A DNA stretch of 64,000 nt. Origin: Octopus sinensis (lineage: Eukaryota). The notes under the pieces were generated by a model. It made no database searches, was not told the origin of the DNA, and saw only the letters and a list, made by a program, of their open reading frames with translations. How positions within the stretch are numbered: position 1 is the stretch's first letter; each line of letters starts with the position of its first letter. The translations under genes were made by a program, and so were the position numbers. Shown piece after piece: positions 36,950-50,297 of the stretch. Where the stretch lies: the NCBI RefSeq assembly GCF_006345805.1, contig NC_043022.1, positions 4,898,001 to 4,962,000 of the forward strand. The letters run 5' to 3'.

Positions 36950-39900
36950 ATGCTCAGAATAGGTAGTATAAATGTACGTGGCTTGGGGTCGCCTTGGAAA
37001 CAAGGCTACCTGTTAAATGACATCAAGTCACTAAATCTGAATATCATAGCCATCAGTGAGACCAGACTCCACAGCTTTGCGGGCACTCCAGCACATTTTC
37101 GGTACACATTTCAACATTTATTTTTCTCCGTGTCTACCGAGAATGGGCGGAGGTGGCACCGCGGTGCTTATCCGGAAGAGTCTGGATCTCAAAGTAAGAG
37201 CAAATTTCCTAGACCCGGAGGGTAGGCTGGTCGTTTTGGATGTCGATGGCAGCAATGAGTGTGCTTTTCGACTGATAGCAGTTTATGCTCCGTCCTTAAC
37301 AGGCCGACCAGATTTCTTTCGACGTCTAGAGTCTTTCATGGGAACGTCTCGTCCTTTACTTTTAGTGGGGATTGGAATGCCACCCTGGACACGCATCTAG
37401 ACTACGTGGGCAGAGATAGCAATAGAAGGGGATGCAAATGCCTCAAAGACCTGCTCAGACGTTTCCAACTGTCTGACAGGTACCGACTGGAACCACCCGA
37501 ATGTGCCAATGTGGACATGGAGTAACCGCATCGGGTCGTCCAGATCATACTTAGATAGAGTATCTGTAGGACATAGATAAAATAGTGTAGGTTGTCCACA
37601 ATTTCATATAGTCAGTTACACAGATCACAAGTTTGTGACTTGTACACTTGACTTAGATAAGACACATAGGCAGGGTCCTGGTTACTGGAAACTGAACGCG
37701 TCTTTTACAGCACGACAGGTTTACAGGGACCGGATCAGCACATTAGTTAAGAGAGCTTTGACGGGTACCATCATCAACAACAGATGGTGGTATGCCCTAA
37801 CAAAAGCGATTAAAGCAGAATCAGTCAGATACAGTAGAGCCCTAGCATTAGACCGAAATAGAGTAGAGGGAGAATTAGTTAAGGTTTTAGAAGAGGCACT
37901 TAGAACTGGCAGATCGCGTCCAACGTACTGGCGGCGAGATTGGCCCTCGACCAACACCTCAACGCCAACACGAGGGATGCGTTTCAGAGCTAGGATGCGT
38001 GCTCTGAGGAACGAAGGAGTTGGAGCCGCCCAAGAGGCCCGAGTGGTGGAGACGCAACGAGGCAACAGAGCCACCATCAAGTCTCTTATAGATGAACAGG
38101 GGCGCGAATGTGCTCGAGCCTAAAGGATGTGTGGGGTTTTTCAACAACACTTCACCCAACTGTTTGGGACAAGTGGTGAGTCAGAAAGCAGAGTGGACTT
38201 TAGTGCCTACCTGCATGCCTTGCCACGACTCTCAGCAAGGGAGGTGGAGTCTTGTGAAAAGCCTATCACAGCTGCGGATGTACAGGATGCGATGGTAGGC
38301 TGCGCGAGAGACAAGTCACCAGGCTTGGATGGTCTGCCCTACGAATTTTATTTTCATATGCCAGACTTGTTTGGAGGCGTCTTGGCAGCTGTCTACTGCA
38401 ACTGGCAGCAGAACGGGAGTATTCCTGCTTTTGTAAAGCGAGGAGCAGGGCACTGATCAAGAAAGACCCAAACAAGGGGAACGTCATAGATAATTTCAGG
38501 CCCATCACTCTGCTCAACGCAGATTTGAAAATTTTGGCCAAGGTGTTAGCCGAGAGGTTGGCGCTTGTCATCAAGAAACTAATCGACAAGGCGCAACATG
38601 CGCCGTGCCGGGTAGAAGTATTCATGACAACCTCCATCTGATGCGCTACATCATAGACAGGGTAGTTAAAAATCCTGGCATGGGTGGGGCGCTGATCAAT
38701 TTGGATCAATCAAAAGCCTTCGATAGGGTAGACCATCACTACTTGGAGGCTGTCCTCAAAGCGGCTGGTTTCGGTCCAGTTTTTCCGCGGTTGGATCGCT
38801 GCCTTATACAGCGGCATCCGCTCAGTAGTTCGCGTAAATGGTCATCTATCCAGACCTTTTAACATCATGCGTTCGGTTCGTCAGGTGCCCCCTCTCATCG
38901 CTGCTGTATGTACTGACTCTTGAGCCCTACTGCGGAAACTGGCGACGCTGAGGGGCATCCCACGAGAGCTGGGATGCGGGAGGAGCGTGTCTGCATACGC
39001 GGATGACGTCACCGTCATAGTGTCGAGCTACGAGCACATCGAGCTGGTCGGCGAGACACTGAAAGATACGAAGCGGTAACGGAGCAAAAATTAACCGGGA
39101 AAAGTCAGTGGGCTTGCGGCTCGGCACCTGGAGAAGCAGCCCATGCCGTCCAACAGCGTCTCCATCGTGGGACCTGGACGGACGGACCGTTAAATTGCTC
39201 GGGGTCTGGTTCGGTCCGGACCTCCCAATGGAGAAGAACTGGGGCGAGATAACGACTAGGGTGGCTACTCTCACCCAGAAATGGACTGAGAGAAAGCTAT
39301 CCCTAAAAGGTCGGGCGGAGGTGGCGAACGCGTACATCGCATCCGTCATCGAGTACCGTCTGACCGTCGTGCCTTGTCCCGACCCTACCATCACCAAACT
39401 GGAACGCATACTCTTCCGCTTCTTGTGGAAGGGAAACGTTCCGATGGTTAGGCGATCCATTTGCTGCCAACACCCGCTAAATGGAGGGCTGGGCATGCCG
39501 TGGTTGATGATGCGCAGACATGCGCTGAGACTGCGACATCTCCGCGCTTCATAACAACGGTGAACAGGGGTGGTCGCCTTTTGTGCGGCGCGCTTTCCCC
39601 GCAGCTCGTCTCCTTGGACGAACTACAGTCATGGATCAAGCAGAGACCGAGGCTAGGCGAATGGCACCGTGAGTGTCGCGTTGCTCTCAAGCAACTCTGG
39701 CCGTCCGGGATCGAACTTGTGCGACTCCATCACAACAAAGGCTTCTATAGAGGATTAGTGGAGGGGAGGTGCGACGACGAACTCGGGCAGAGTCTGGGCG
39801 TCGACGAGGAACACCTGACCCGCCTGTTCAGGACAAACTTTCGGGCCGGGACCTATGAACAATCACCAAAGATCCCTGGCCTGGCAGTGCTATCGAGAAG

Positions 39901-40379
39901 CATTACCTGTTCGGGATAAGCTCTACAGACACGGTTCCAGACACACACTGGACCGACTTGCCCGAGATGCGGTCAGAGCGACGAAACCGTTCTGCACGCA
40001 CTCGTGCAATGTCCAACCATTTCCGACCTGTGGGCTTATGCCGAACGGCTGCTGTCCGTGTGGGACGAATCCGCCTATCGGCCGAGTCTATCGTGAGAAT
40101 TGCTCCGCCCCCTTCCCTCAACCGGGAAGGCAAGGCAGTTTTTCATCGTACTGGTGGCCATGGTGAAAGATGTGTGTGGTGGACTCGAGCGAAAGGATTA
40201 GAGACAAACACTTACCTCTCTGGCCAATCGCTCTCATCAACTTTTTCAAGTACCACTTGAAAAGGAAGGTGAGATGGAGAGGGAAGTTTTGTCTCGCGAA
40301 AGATTCAAAAAAAGATGGTGAATGTTGCAAAGATGGTGTGCGTGCTAGTAACGAAACCATTTTGAGCATGATCCTGTAG
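36950..40379 (+). pseudogene. LINE ORF2: APE endonuclease + RT + C-terminal CCHC, multiple frameshifts
   Basis: MLRIGSINVRG, ISETRL, GDWNA, SDHK, GYWKLN, KSPGLDGLPYEF, FRPITLLNAD.KILAKV, LDQSKAFDRV, YADD (38996-39007), CPRCG..DET..H...QC. Confidence 0.95.
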
Positions 40380-40678
40380 ATCGTAAAAAAGAAAAAAAGA
40401 GAGCATTTTTGACCTCATGTGTTTATTTCCTCCCTGACGGGGTTCCCGTGGTCTTTTCTGTAGGCTTTTCTTCCCACGGATGAACCAATCTTGTTATATC
40501 AATGTTTACACACATTTATTCTGTGATACACATTTTCTTTTTTTCCTTTTTTTTTCCTCCTCTCGATCCCTTTTGATCGCAATCTTACATTTTTTATTTT
40601 TTTCCACCCTCGAAAAGAAAAGCTCTGCACTTGTATTTGTCCCCTCTGTATTCAGCCCTGTGTGCTAATAAAAGAAGT

Positions 40679-41177
40679 TATCTATCTATATCTGTCTATT
40701 TATCAATCTATGTACCTGCCTGTCTATCTATCTATCTATGTCTGTGTCTATCCATCTATCTATCTATCTATATCTATCTATCCATCTATCTATATCTGTC
40801 TATTTATCAATCTATGTACCTGCCTGTCTATCTATCTATCTATCTATCTATCCATCTATCTATCTATCCATATCTGTCTATTTATCAATCTATGTACCTG
40901 CCTGTCTATCTATCTATCCATCTATCTATCTATCTATATCTATCTATCTATCTATCCATCTATATCTATCTATCTATCTATATCTATCTATCCATTTATC
41001 TATCCATCTATCTATATCTGTCTATTTATCAATCTATGTACCTGCCTGTCTATCTATCTATCTATCTATCCTATCTATCTATCTATCTATCTATATCTAT
41101 CTATCCATTTATCTATCCATCTATCTATCTATCTATATCTGTCTATTTATCAATCTATGTACCTGCCTGTCTATCTA

Positions 41178-41208
<31 letters not shown>

Positions 41209-41300
41209 CTATCTATCTATCTATATCTATCTATCCATCTATCTATCTATCTATATCTGTCTATTTATCAATCTATGTACCTGCCTGTCTGTCTATCAAT
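40679..41300. repeat. Compound (TATC)n microsatellite, right part
   Basis: Direct, with a higher-order unit containing ATCAATCTATGTACCTGCCTG. Confidence 0.97.
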
Positions 41301-41638
41301 CCAGCCATGCAGCTGTCAACCTTTTCAACCCCTTTCTCTCTCTATCTCTCTCATTCTCTTTGTGTCTCTGGCTATCAGTCTCTCTCTCTCTCTCTATCCC
41401 CACTCCTTCCCCTGCACTCTCTCTATCTTGCAGGTATTTATTCAACTCAAACAATGCAGTACTTTGAGAATGGCCTTCATCACAGACAGAAAGGGGAATA
41501 AAAAAAAAACAAAAAAAAAGCAAAAAAGAACAACAACAACAACAAAGCCGTGTTAATGCAATACTTGCAGATATTAAACCAATTCCAAGTGGATGGAGGT
41601 GGGTGGAGATAGATAGATAGATAGAGAGCAAGAGAGAG

Positions 41639-41681
<43 letters not shown>

Positions 41682-41736
41682 GAGAGCAAGAGAGAGCGAG
41701 AGAGAGAGAGAGAGAGAGAGCAAGAGAGAGGGAGAG

Positions 41737-41770
<34 letters not shown>

Positions 41771-42486
41771 GCAGTGAATAGCATTTTTAGTCTTGCTTTC
41801 ATTCGTTATCATCAGGATTCTTCACAGAACAAAGAATTCCTGAGACACAAAAGAAAACTAAGAAAGGAATAAAAATCGGTAAAAATAACCGAGGCAGACA
41901 GTAGGAATTGACCGAAAATAATTGTTGGCGTTGTTTATTCTAAACTTGTTTGCAACAATCTTGATTTGAAGAATCTATTTCAGTTAGATGGGTTTGGTAA
42001 ATAAAACGTACAACATCTTTGACAAAACAGCAGAATGTCTTTTGAGTAGAGTTTGTTGATTGAAATTGTCTTCAGATTAATGAGGAATTTTGTACAGTTT
42101 CTTATAATGTATGTAGAATTTTACACAATGGTTAGAATCTCTGATAGGGATAGGATGAGTTTGGCTTCGTGACACTAGAACCAGACCGAGCTGACATTTA
42201 AGTATTTAGGAAAATCGGTTGTGGCACCCTGAACGCAAAACATGAGGAACAAAGGATTCCTTTGGCTTGGTACTAAGATGACCGAATTTGCATTTTGGTT
42301 GATTTTTATTCGTTTGAATGACACTGAGTCTTAGCAAAGACATACGAATGATACCAGGACTAATCTCCTTGTACTCATTTCATTGTACTTGTATTATAGT
42401 ACTCATTTTGTCATACTCGTCTCAAATTACTCATATGACAGTACTCATCTCATTGTACTTGTATCATAGTGTTGTTCATCCCTTGT

Positions 42487-42818
42487 TTTCGATTCCCAGA
42501 CCGGGCGTTGTGAGTGTTTATTGAGCGAAAACACCTAAAAGCTCCACGAGGCTCTGGCAGGGGATGGTGGTGATCCCTGCTGTACTCTTTCACCACAACT
42601 TTCTCTCACTCTTACTTCCTGTTTCTGTTGTACCTGTATTTCAAAGGGCCGGCCTTGTCACTCTGTGTCACGCTGAATATCCCCGAGAACTACGTTAAGG
42701 GTACACGTGTCTGTGGAGTGCTCAGCCACTTACACGTTAATTTCACGAGCAGGCTGTTCCGTTGATTCGGATCAACCAGAACCCTCGTCGTCGTAACCGA
42801 CGGAGTGCTTCCAATCCA
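42487..42818 (+). mobile_element. 5'-truncated SINE E inside a degenerate GTACTCAT repeat region (42350-43110)
   Basis: Starts at the B-box TTTCGATTCCCAG; flanks are duplicated. Confidence 0.9.
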
Positions 42819-43409
42819 ATTATAGTACTCATTTTGTCGTACTCATCTCAAATTACTCATATGACAGTACTCATCTCATTGTACTTGTTCATCCCTTGTA
42901 CTCATACTGTGGTACTTATCTCAAACTACTTGTACTTTGATACTCATAGCAAACTACTAATCTTGTAGAACTCATCACAAAGTACCTGCATTGTGGTACT
43001 CACCTCATAGTACTCATTTCAAACTACTTCTGCTGTGGTACTCACCTCATACAGCTCGTCTTGTAGTACTTGTCTGAAAGTACTCACTCAGTTGTACTCA
43101 TCTTGCAGTACTTAGACTCCTAAAACTATCTGATTCATGTTCAAATCCTGTCACGGCTGACTTTCATTTTTACTCCTCTTGGGGCAATGAAAGTGATACC
43201 AGTTATACACTGGGGACTGATCAGATTAATTTTACACCTGACTTTTTCCTTTAAAGATTAACTTTCTGCCTAAAATAGAAATCAATGGATTCTGTACATG
43301 AGATCATGTTGTTTAACCCCGGGTCAACTGGGATCAAGTAGACTAAAGATCAAAGGCATTCCAACCATGACCACACCATATTTCTTACCATTTATTTTTT
43401 TTACTTGTT

Positions 43410-43620
43410 TCAGTTATTTGACTGTGGCCATGCTGGGGCACTGCCTTGAAGAACTCAAGCGAATCAAAACCACATTTTTTCTAAGCCTGCTACTCATTTT
43501 CTCAGTCTCATTTGCTGAACCACTAAGTCAAGAGAGCATAAACACACCAACACCGGTTGACAAGCAGTAGGAGGGGGACAAACACAGACACATGGATACA
43601 CACACACTAGTGTGTATGTA

Positions 43621-43655
<35 letters not shown>

Positions 43656-43673
43656 TATATATGTGTGTGTGTG

Positions 43674-43706
<33 letters not shown>

Positions 43707-43810
43707 CTGATGGGCTTCTTCCAGTTTCCGTCTATAGTAGAAGACACTTGCCCAAGGTGCCACACAGTGGGACTGAACCCAGAACCATGTGGTTAGGAGG
43801 TAAGCTTGTT
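43410..43810 (-). mobile_element. SINE AB, diverged
   Basis: Both modules are recognisable. Confidence 0.75.
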
Positions 43811-43846
43811 ACCACACAGTCATGCCTGCACCTATGTTAGATTTAA

Positions 43847-44210
43847 TCCTTTGGCATTTAAACTGGCTATATCTGGACCAAATATTCTACCTGTTTTATG
43901 TTCAAACTGGCCAGATCCTGCCTCTCACACCTACCCTACAATGTCATTCTAAAAATAAACAATTACATCATTGAAATCTCAAAATTACAAGATAATGCAT
44001 GACTATGTCAAAACAATATATTAAATATTGTATGTTTTATGCCCAAACTGGCCATATCCAGCCTGTCACACTTACCCTACAATGTTATTTTAAATATATG
44101 TTAAAAATTCATCATTGAAATCTCAAAGCTATGAGATAATCTATGATTAATTCAAAACAATGTGAATAAATAAGGATTACATTTGACAGAGAAATCAGAA
44201 AGTTAAAGGA
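43847..44210. mobile_element. TTAA-flanked MITE with an internal duplication
   Basis: TTAA|TCCTTTGGCATTT...AAAGTTAAAGGA|TTAA; 43900-44010 is repeated at 44045-44150. Confidence 0.7.
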
Positions 44211-44429
44211 TTAAGGAAGAGGGAAGCTAATTAGGGTACCATACAGGGCAATCAAAACCCACTATATGTGATGGTTGGTGTGGGATTAAGTCCCTACTTC
44301 TAAACTCAGATCACAGACAACTGGAATAAATACCAAAAAACACTTTCTCTAACAATTTTACCAAACACATCAAATAGCCAAAGTTAGGTAGCAGTTCTTG
44401 TGGTTTATTTGTTAATTTCAGGAAGTGAA

Positions 44430-45064
44430 GGCATGTAGATAAGTGGTTAGGGTAAGGTCATGGGTTCAATTCCCAGCGGCACACTGTGTCTTTGAGCAAG
44501 ACACTTTATTTCACTTTATTGCTCCAGTCCACTCAGCTGGTAAAAATGAGTTATACCAGTAATTGAAAAGGGACCAGCCTTGTCACTTTCAGTGTCCTGC
44601 TGAATCTCCCTAAGAGCTATGTTAACAGTGTGGATGTCTGTGGAGTACTCAGCCACTTGCAAATTCATTTCACAAGCAGGCTCTTCCATTGATCATATAA
44701 CTGATGGAGTTACCAAAGGCACCTGGCTTAGTGGTCAAGGCCATGAGTTCAGCTCCTGGCAGTGGGTTGTGTCCTTGAGCAAGACACTTTATTTCACTTT
44801 ATTGCTTCAGTCCACTCAGCTGGCAAAAATGAGTTGTACCAGTAATTGAAAAGGGGCCAACCTTGTCTCATTCTGTGTCTTGCTGAATCTCCCAGAGAAC
44901 TACATTAGGAGTGAGTAGCTGTTTGGTAAGAAGCTTGCTTCCCAACCACATGGTTCTGGGTTCAGTCCCACTGGGTGGCACCTTTGGCAAATGTCTTCTA
45001 TTATAGCTTTGGGCTGACCAAAGCCCTGAGTGGATTCGTTAGATGGAAACTGAAAGAATCCTGT

Positions 45065-45095
<31 letters not shown>

Positions 45096-45410
45096 TTATT
45101 TGTTTGTGTCTGTGTTTCCCCCTCCCACCATCGCTTGACAACCGATGTTGGTGTGTTTACATCCCCAAAATTTAGCAGTTTGGCAAAAGAGATTGATAAA
45201 ATAAGCACTAGGCTTACAAAGAACAAGTCCTGGGGTCAATTTGTTTGACTAAAGGCGGTACTCCAGCATGGCTGCATCAAAGTGACTGAAACAAATAAAA
45301 GAGTAAAAGAAAAATGTCTGTGGAGTACTCAGCCACTTGCAAGTTCATTTCACGAGCAAGCTGTTCCATTGATTGGATCGACTGGAATCCTCATTGTCCT
45401 AACCAAAGAA
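44430..45410 (+). mobile_element. Nested SINEs: D/E-like heads (44430-44910) interrupted by SINE AB (44915-45310)
   Basis: GTGTC.TTGAGCAAGACACTTTATTTCAC occurs twice; the AB consensus follows; the E-like tail resumes at ~45315. Confidence 0.7.
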
Positions 45411-46864
45411 GAAGAATTCCTGGACAACTGTAGTTCCATGATAGTGGCATAAGGTGAATCAGTTGTTGTTGTTGTTGTTGTTGTGGTGGTGGTGGTAGTT
45501 GATATCTGATTTTGATTATCATGCAAAAACAATAAATACATTACATATATGAAGTAAATAAATCAAAATAAGTAAAAAAAAAAAACAATATAGGTAAAAA
45601 AATGCAGGGAAAATAAATTAAAAAAATGTAAAACATATAAAAAGGTAAATAATAAATAAGTAAAGAATATATAAAAAATATACAAAATATAAATAATAAG
45701 TATATATATAAAAAAACATAACACATAAAACAAAATTATAAAAAAAACAATGAAAAGAAGATTCCTTCTTCTCCCCCCCTCTCCCCTCCCTAATAACCCG
45801 CAAACAGAAAAATCTTTGCTGTCATAACTCATGCTTGACTGGACAGGCAAGGATGGATTGGTTTTCATGGTCTTGCAATTCAAATGGGAAAAATATAAAG
45901 GAAAGAAAAAAGCCATACGCCACTGTGCACTTGCATCTGTGCAGTCGCTTAGCTGCAACCATCATTGTCGTCCTGTCTCTCTCTCCTCTTTCTCCTTTAG
46001 CTTTCTCTCTTTCTCTTCGTCCCCCTCTCTCTCTCTCTCTCTACCTCTTGCCTTCTTTCTATTTCTCTCTCTATCTCTGTCTATCTCTCTGTCTTTCTCC
46101 TACTTCTCTCCCGTCTATTTTCCTCCCACCACTCTCTCTTTCTCTCTTTTTCTTTCTCCTTCTCTCTTCTTCACCCTCTCTTTCATTCTCCTCCCTCCCT
46201 CCCTCTCTCTTTCTACCATTTCTCTCTTCCTCTTCCTCCCCACCCACCTCATTTCCCATCACTCTCTCTTTCTTTCTCCCTCTCTCTTCTTCACCCGCTC
46301 TTTCATTCTCCTCCCTCCCTCTCCTTCCTATCTTTTCTCTCTTCCTCTTCCTCCCCACCCACCTCATTTCCCATCACTCTCTTTTTCTTTCTCCTTCTCT
46401 CTTCTTCACCCTCTCTTTCATTCTCCTCCCTCCCTCCTTCTTCCTCTCTCTCTCTCTTTCTACCTTTTCTCTCTTCCTCTTCCTTCCCACCCACCTCATT
46501 TCCCATCACTCTCTCTCTCTCTTTCCCCCTCTCTCTCCCCGCCCACAAGCACCTCCCACCACCTCTCCTCCTCATATCCCCATACCCACCAACCCCATTC
46601 TTTCTATTCCTCCTCCTCCTTCCTCTGGCCACATCAAATCCATGATTTCCTAATGGCTGCAATCAACAACAGATCAGTTTTTCATCAATAAATCTACACC
46701 ATCTGCTACCTTTGCCAATTTACCGTTATTGGAACTTTTGCATTCTAGAAACCATTTAGATTATTATTAATAAATCTTTTCTACTCTAGGCATAAGACCC
46801 GAAATTTTGGGGAAGTGAGGTAGTTGATTGGATCGACCCCAGTACGCAACTGGTACTTAATTTA

Positions 46865-47459
46865 GGCGAGCTGGCAGAAACGTTAGCACACCGGGCGAAA
46901 TGCTTAGCGGTATTTCGTCTGTGTTACGTTGTGAGTTCAAATTCCGCCGAGGTCGACTTTGCCTTTCATCCTTTCGGGGTCAGTAAATTAAGTACCAGTT
47001 ACGCACTGGGGTTGATGTAATCGACTTAATACCTATGTCTGTCCTTGTTTGTACCCTCTGTGTTTAGCCCCTTGTGGGTAATAAAGAAATAGGTATTTCG
47101 TCTGCCATTACGTTCTGAGTTCAAATTCCGCCGAAGTCGACTTTGCCTTTCATCCTTTCGGGGTCGATAAATTAAGTACCAGTTACGCACTGGGATCGAT
47201 GTAATCAACTTAATACCTATGTCTGTCCTTGTTTGTCCCCTCTGTGTTTAGCCCCTTGTGGGTAATAAAGAAATAGGTATTTCGTCTGCCGTTACATTGT
47301 GAGTTCAAATTCCGCCGAAGTCGACTTTGCCATTCATCCTTTCGGGGTCGATAAATTAAGTACCAGTTACGCACTGGGGTCGATGTAATCGACTTAATAC
47401 CTATGTCTGTCCTTGTTTGTACCCTCTGTGTTTAGCCCCTTGTGGGTAATAAAGAAACA
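46865..47459 (+). mobile_element. SINE C: full head followed by head-to-tail body repeats (~184 bp period)
   Basis: Junction AAAGAAATA|GGTATTTCGTCTGCC at 47092 and 47276. Confidence 0.92.
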
Positions 47460-48085
47460 GGTACTTAATTTATTGGCCCCGAAAGGATGAAAGGCTAAGT
47501 CGACCTCAGCGGAATTTGAACTCAGAACATAAAGACAGATGAAATGTAGCTAAGCATTTTGCCCTGCGTGCCAACATCTGTCAGCTCGTCGCCTTAAATT
47601 TTAGGCATTGTGCCATTAGTAGGAAGGGTTATTAAAATCAAGGTGGTGAGCGAGAAGAATCGTTAGCATGCTGGACAAGATGCTTAGCGGGACTTCGTCC
47701 GTCTTTGTGCTCTGAGCTCAAATTCCACTGAGGTCAACTTTGCCTTTCGTGGGTTGTTAAAACAAGTACCAGTTAAACACTGGGGTTGATTTAACTGGCT
47801 CATCTCCTCCCCCAAAATTGCTGCCCTTGTGGTGAAATTTGAAACTGTTGTGGTTATTATTATTATTCAGGCAGCGAGTTGGCAGAATTGTTAACACACT
47901 GGATGAAATGCTTAGCAGTATTTTGTCTGTCTTTACGTTCTGAGTTCAAATCCCGCTGAGGTCAACTTCGCCTTTTATCCTTTCGGGGTCAATAAAATAA
48001 GCACCAGTGAAATACTGGGGTCAATGTAATTAACTTACCCCTTCCCCCCTAATCCCAGGCCTTGTGCTTTTAGTAGAAAGGATCA
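47460..48085. mobile_element. Further SINE C copies (47460-47600 minus; 47640-47840 and 47870-48085 plus)
   Basis: Core motif present. Confidence 0.75.
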
Positions 48086-48116
48086 TCATTATTATTTCTT
48101 TTTATTACAGGTTTTG

Positions 48117-49075
48117 TAGGAGCTCCAGGAGTCTTTGCATGCATAGTGGGCTTACTACCAATAGTCTAACGGTACCATGCGATCCATTCTTTTCAGCTAT
48201 CTGATACTTTCCTGATTATTCTGGCCGTGCCAAGGAGGCAAACAAACCTTTTGCAACAGTTCTACTGGGCACTCTGTTCGAATTTCCTTTATATCCCCCT
48301 TGATGCTTTCTGCTATTTTCCCCCACAGACCCACAATAATCGGCTCTATATTCTTCTTCTTCTTCTCTTCCTTCTTCTTCTTTTTCTTCTTCTTCTCTTT
48401 CTTCTTTTTCTTCTTTTTCTTTTTCTTTTTCTTCTTCTTCTTCTTCTTCTTCTCTTCCTTCTCTATCTCCTTCTTCTCTCCTTCTCTTCTTTTTCTTCTT
48501 CTCCTCTTCCTTCTCTATCTCCTACTTCTCTTTCTTCTTTTTCTTCTTCTTCTCTTCCTTCTCTATCTCCTTCTTTCTTCTTCTTCTTCTTCTTCTTCTT
48601 CTTCTTCTCATCATCATCATCATCACAGGTTTTGTAGGAGCTCCAGGAATCTTTGCATGCATAGTGGGCTTACTACCAATAGTCTAACGGTACCATGCGA
48701 TCCATTCTTTTCAGCTATCTGATACTTTCCTGATTATTCTGGCCGTGCCAAGGAGGCAAACAAACCTTTTGCAACAGTTCTTCTGGGCACTCTATTCCAA
48801 TTTCCTTTATATTCCTCTTGGCGCCTTCTGATACTGTCCCCAAAGACCCAACAATAATTGGCACTATCTTCACCTTCTTCATTTTCCATAGCCGGGCTAT
48901 TTCATACTTAAGAGGGTTGTATCTATCTCTTTTTCCACCTTCCTTCTTGACTATTTGTGGGTCAAAGGGGCATGCAACATCAACTATATAGTACATGGGG
49001 TGCACCTTGTCCACCAGCACTAAGTTTGGTCTGTTATGCTCTAGAATCTGATCTGTTTGAATTGGGGAAACCCAG
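48117..49075 (-). pseudogene. 3' fragment of a restriction-like-endonuclease (REL) non-LTR retrotransposon (R4/Dong/NeSL-like), 3' end duplicated
   Basis: QTDQILEHNRPNLVLVDK...YIVDVACPFD...KEGGK..RYNPLKYEIARLWKMKKVKIVPIIVGSLG. 48117-48350 repeats 48626-48830. Confidence 0.85.
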
Positions 49076-49769
49076 AGGATTTTGCTAGCCCCTCACTCTG
49101 TCAATATCTCTAGTTTATTATTATTATTATTTGAGCTGGCAGAAACGTTAGCGCACCGGGCGAAATGCTTAGCGGTATTTCGTCTGTCGAGGTTGACTTT
49201 GCCTTTCATCCTTTCGGGGTCGATTAAATAAGTACCAGTTACGCACTGGGGTCGATGTAATCCACTTAATACCTATGTCTGTCCTTGTTTAGCCCCTTGT
49301 GGGTAGTAAAGAAATATATTATTATTATTAATATTATTATTATTATCACTTGCTGTTCCCGTGCCATCAAAAATGACAGCTAATTGTAGTATTTTGTATC
49401 TAAATAAGGTACATAATAATCACACATACAAATATTCACATACTTCCTTTGTACACACACATACATATACTCACCCAGAGTTGAAATGCTGTTTGATTTT
49501 TCTTTTCAGCATTGAATGTTTACCATCCCACTTCCGTTGCACACACACACACATACACATGACTCCCTTTTAAAATCACACACATGTACTCATGCAGAGT
49601 TGAAACGCCGTTTGATTTTTCTTTTTTCCACCATAGGACTTCCATCATTCCACTACCAAGTTTGCCATCACCCCTTCCTTCCCTATTCATCTATCACCCC
49701 TTCCTTTCTCGTTCATATGTTGTGATGGAGAAAAACATAAGTGTATCATTATAGTAGATTATTATTATT

Positions 49770-50262
49770 ATTATTATTATTATTATCGAATTCGATCAAC
49801 ATCAATGGAAATTGCAGCTGTGATACCAGTGCCAGTGGCATGTAAGCGAACCATCCAAACATGGCTGTTGTCAGCACCGCCCCGACAGGCCTCCGTGCCG
49901 GTGGCACGTAAAAAGTACCACCCGATCGTGGCTGTTGCCAGCCTCGCCTGGCCCTGCGCCGGTGGCACGTAAAAAGCACCACACGATCGTGGCCGTTGCC
50001 AGCCTCGCCTGGCCCTGCGCCGGTGGCACGTAAAAAGCACCATCCAACCATGGCCGTTTGCCAGCTCCATCTGGCAGGTGTGGCAGTGGCACGTAAAAAG
50101 CACCCACTACACTCACGGAGTGGTTGGCGTTAGGAAGAGCATCCAGCCGTAGAAACACTGCCAGATCAGACTGGGCCTGGTGCAGCCTTCTGGCCTCCCA
50201 GACCCCGGTCGAACCGTCCAACCCATGCTAGCATGGAAAGCGGACGCTAAACGATGATGATG
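49770..50262 (+). mobile_element. RTE-tailed repeat with ~61-bp internal tandem units and (ATG)n tail
   Basis: GTGGCACGTAAAAAG recurs at 49901, 49962, 50023 and 50086. Confidence 0.8.
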
Positions 50263-50297
50263 ATTATTATCATCATTATTATTATTATCACTTTTTA

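Larger units (their letters stand above)
34545..40678 (+). mobile_element. Full-length L1/Tx1-clade LINE (~6.1 kb)
   Basis: 5' UTR, ORF1, ORF2, and a 3' UTR with AATAAA at ~40667. TATCTATCTATATCTG is present at both 34529-34544 and 40679-40694. Confidence 0.9.

Noticed and set aside
45365-45490. Minus-strand peptide ISTTTT...DSPYATIMEL resembling a receptor-tail PYAT motif
   Set aside because: Half of it is a CAA/CAC repeat and it abuts a SINE; no other supporting exons.
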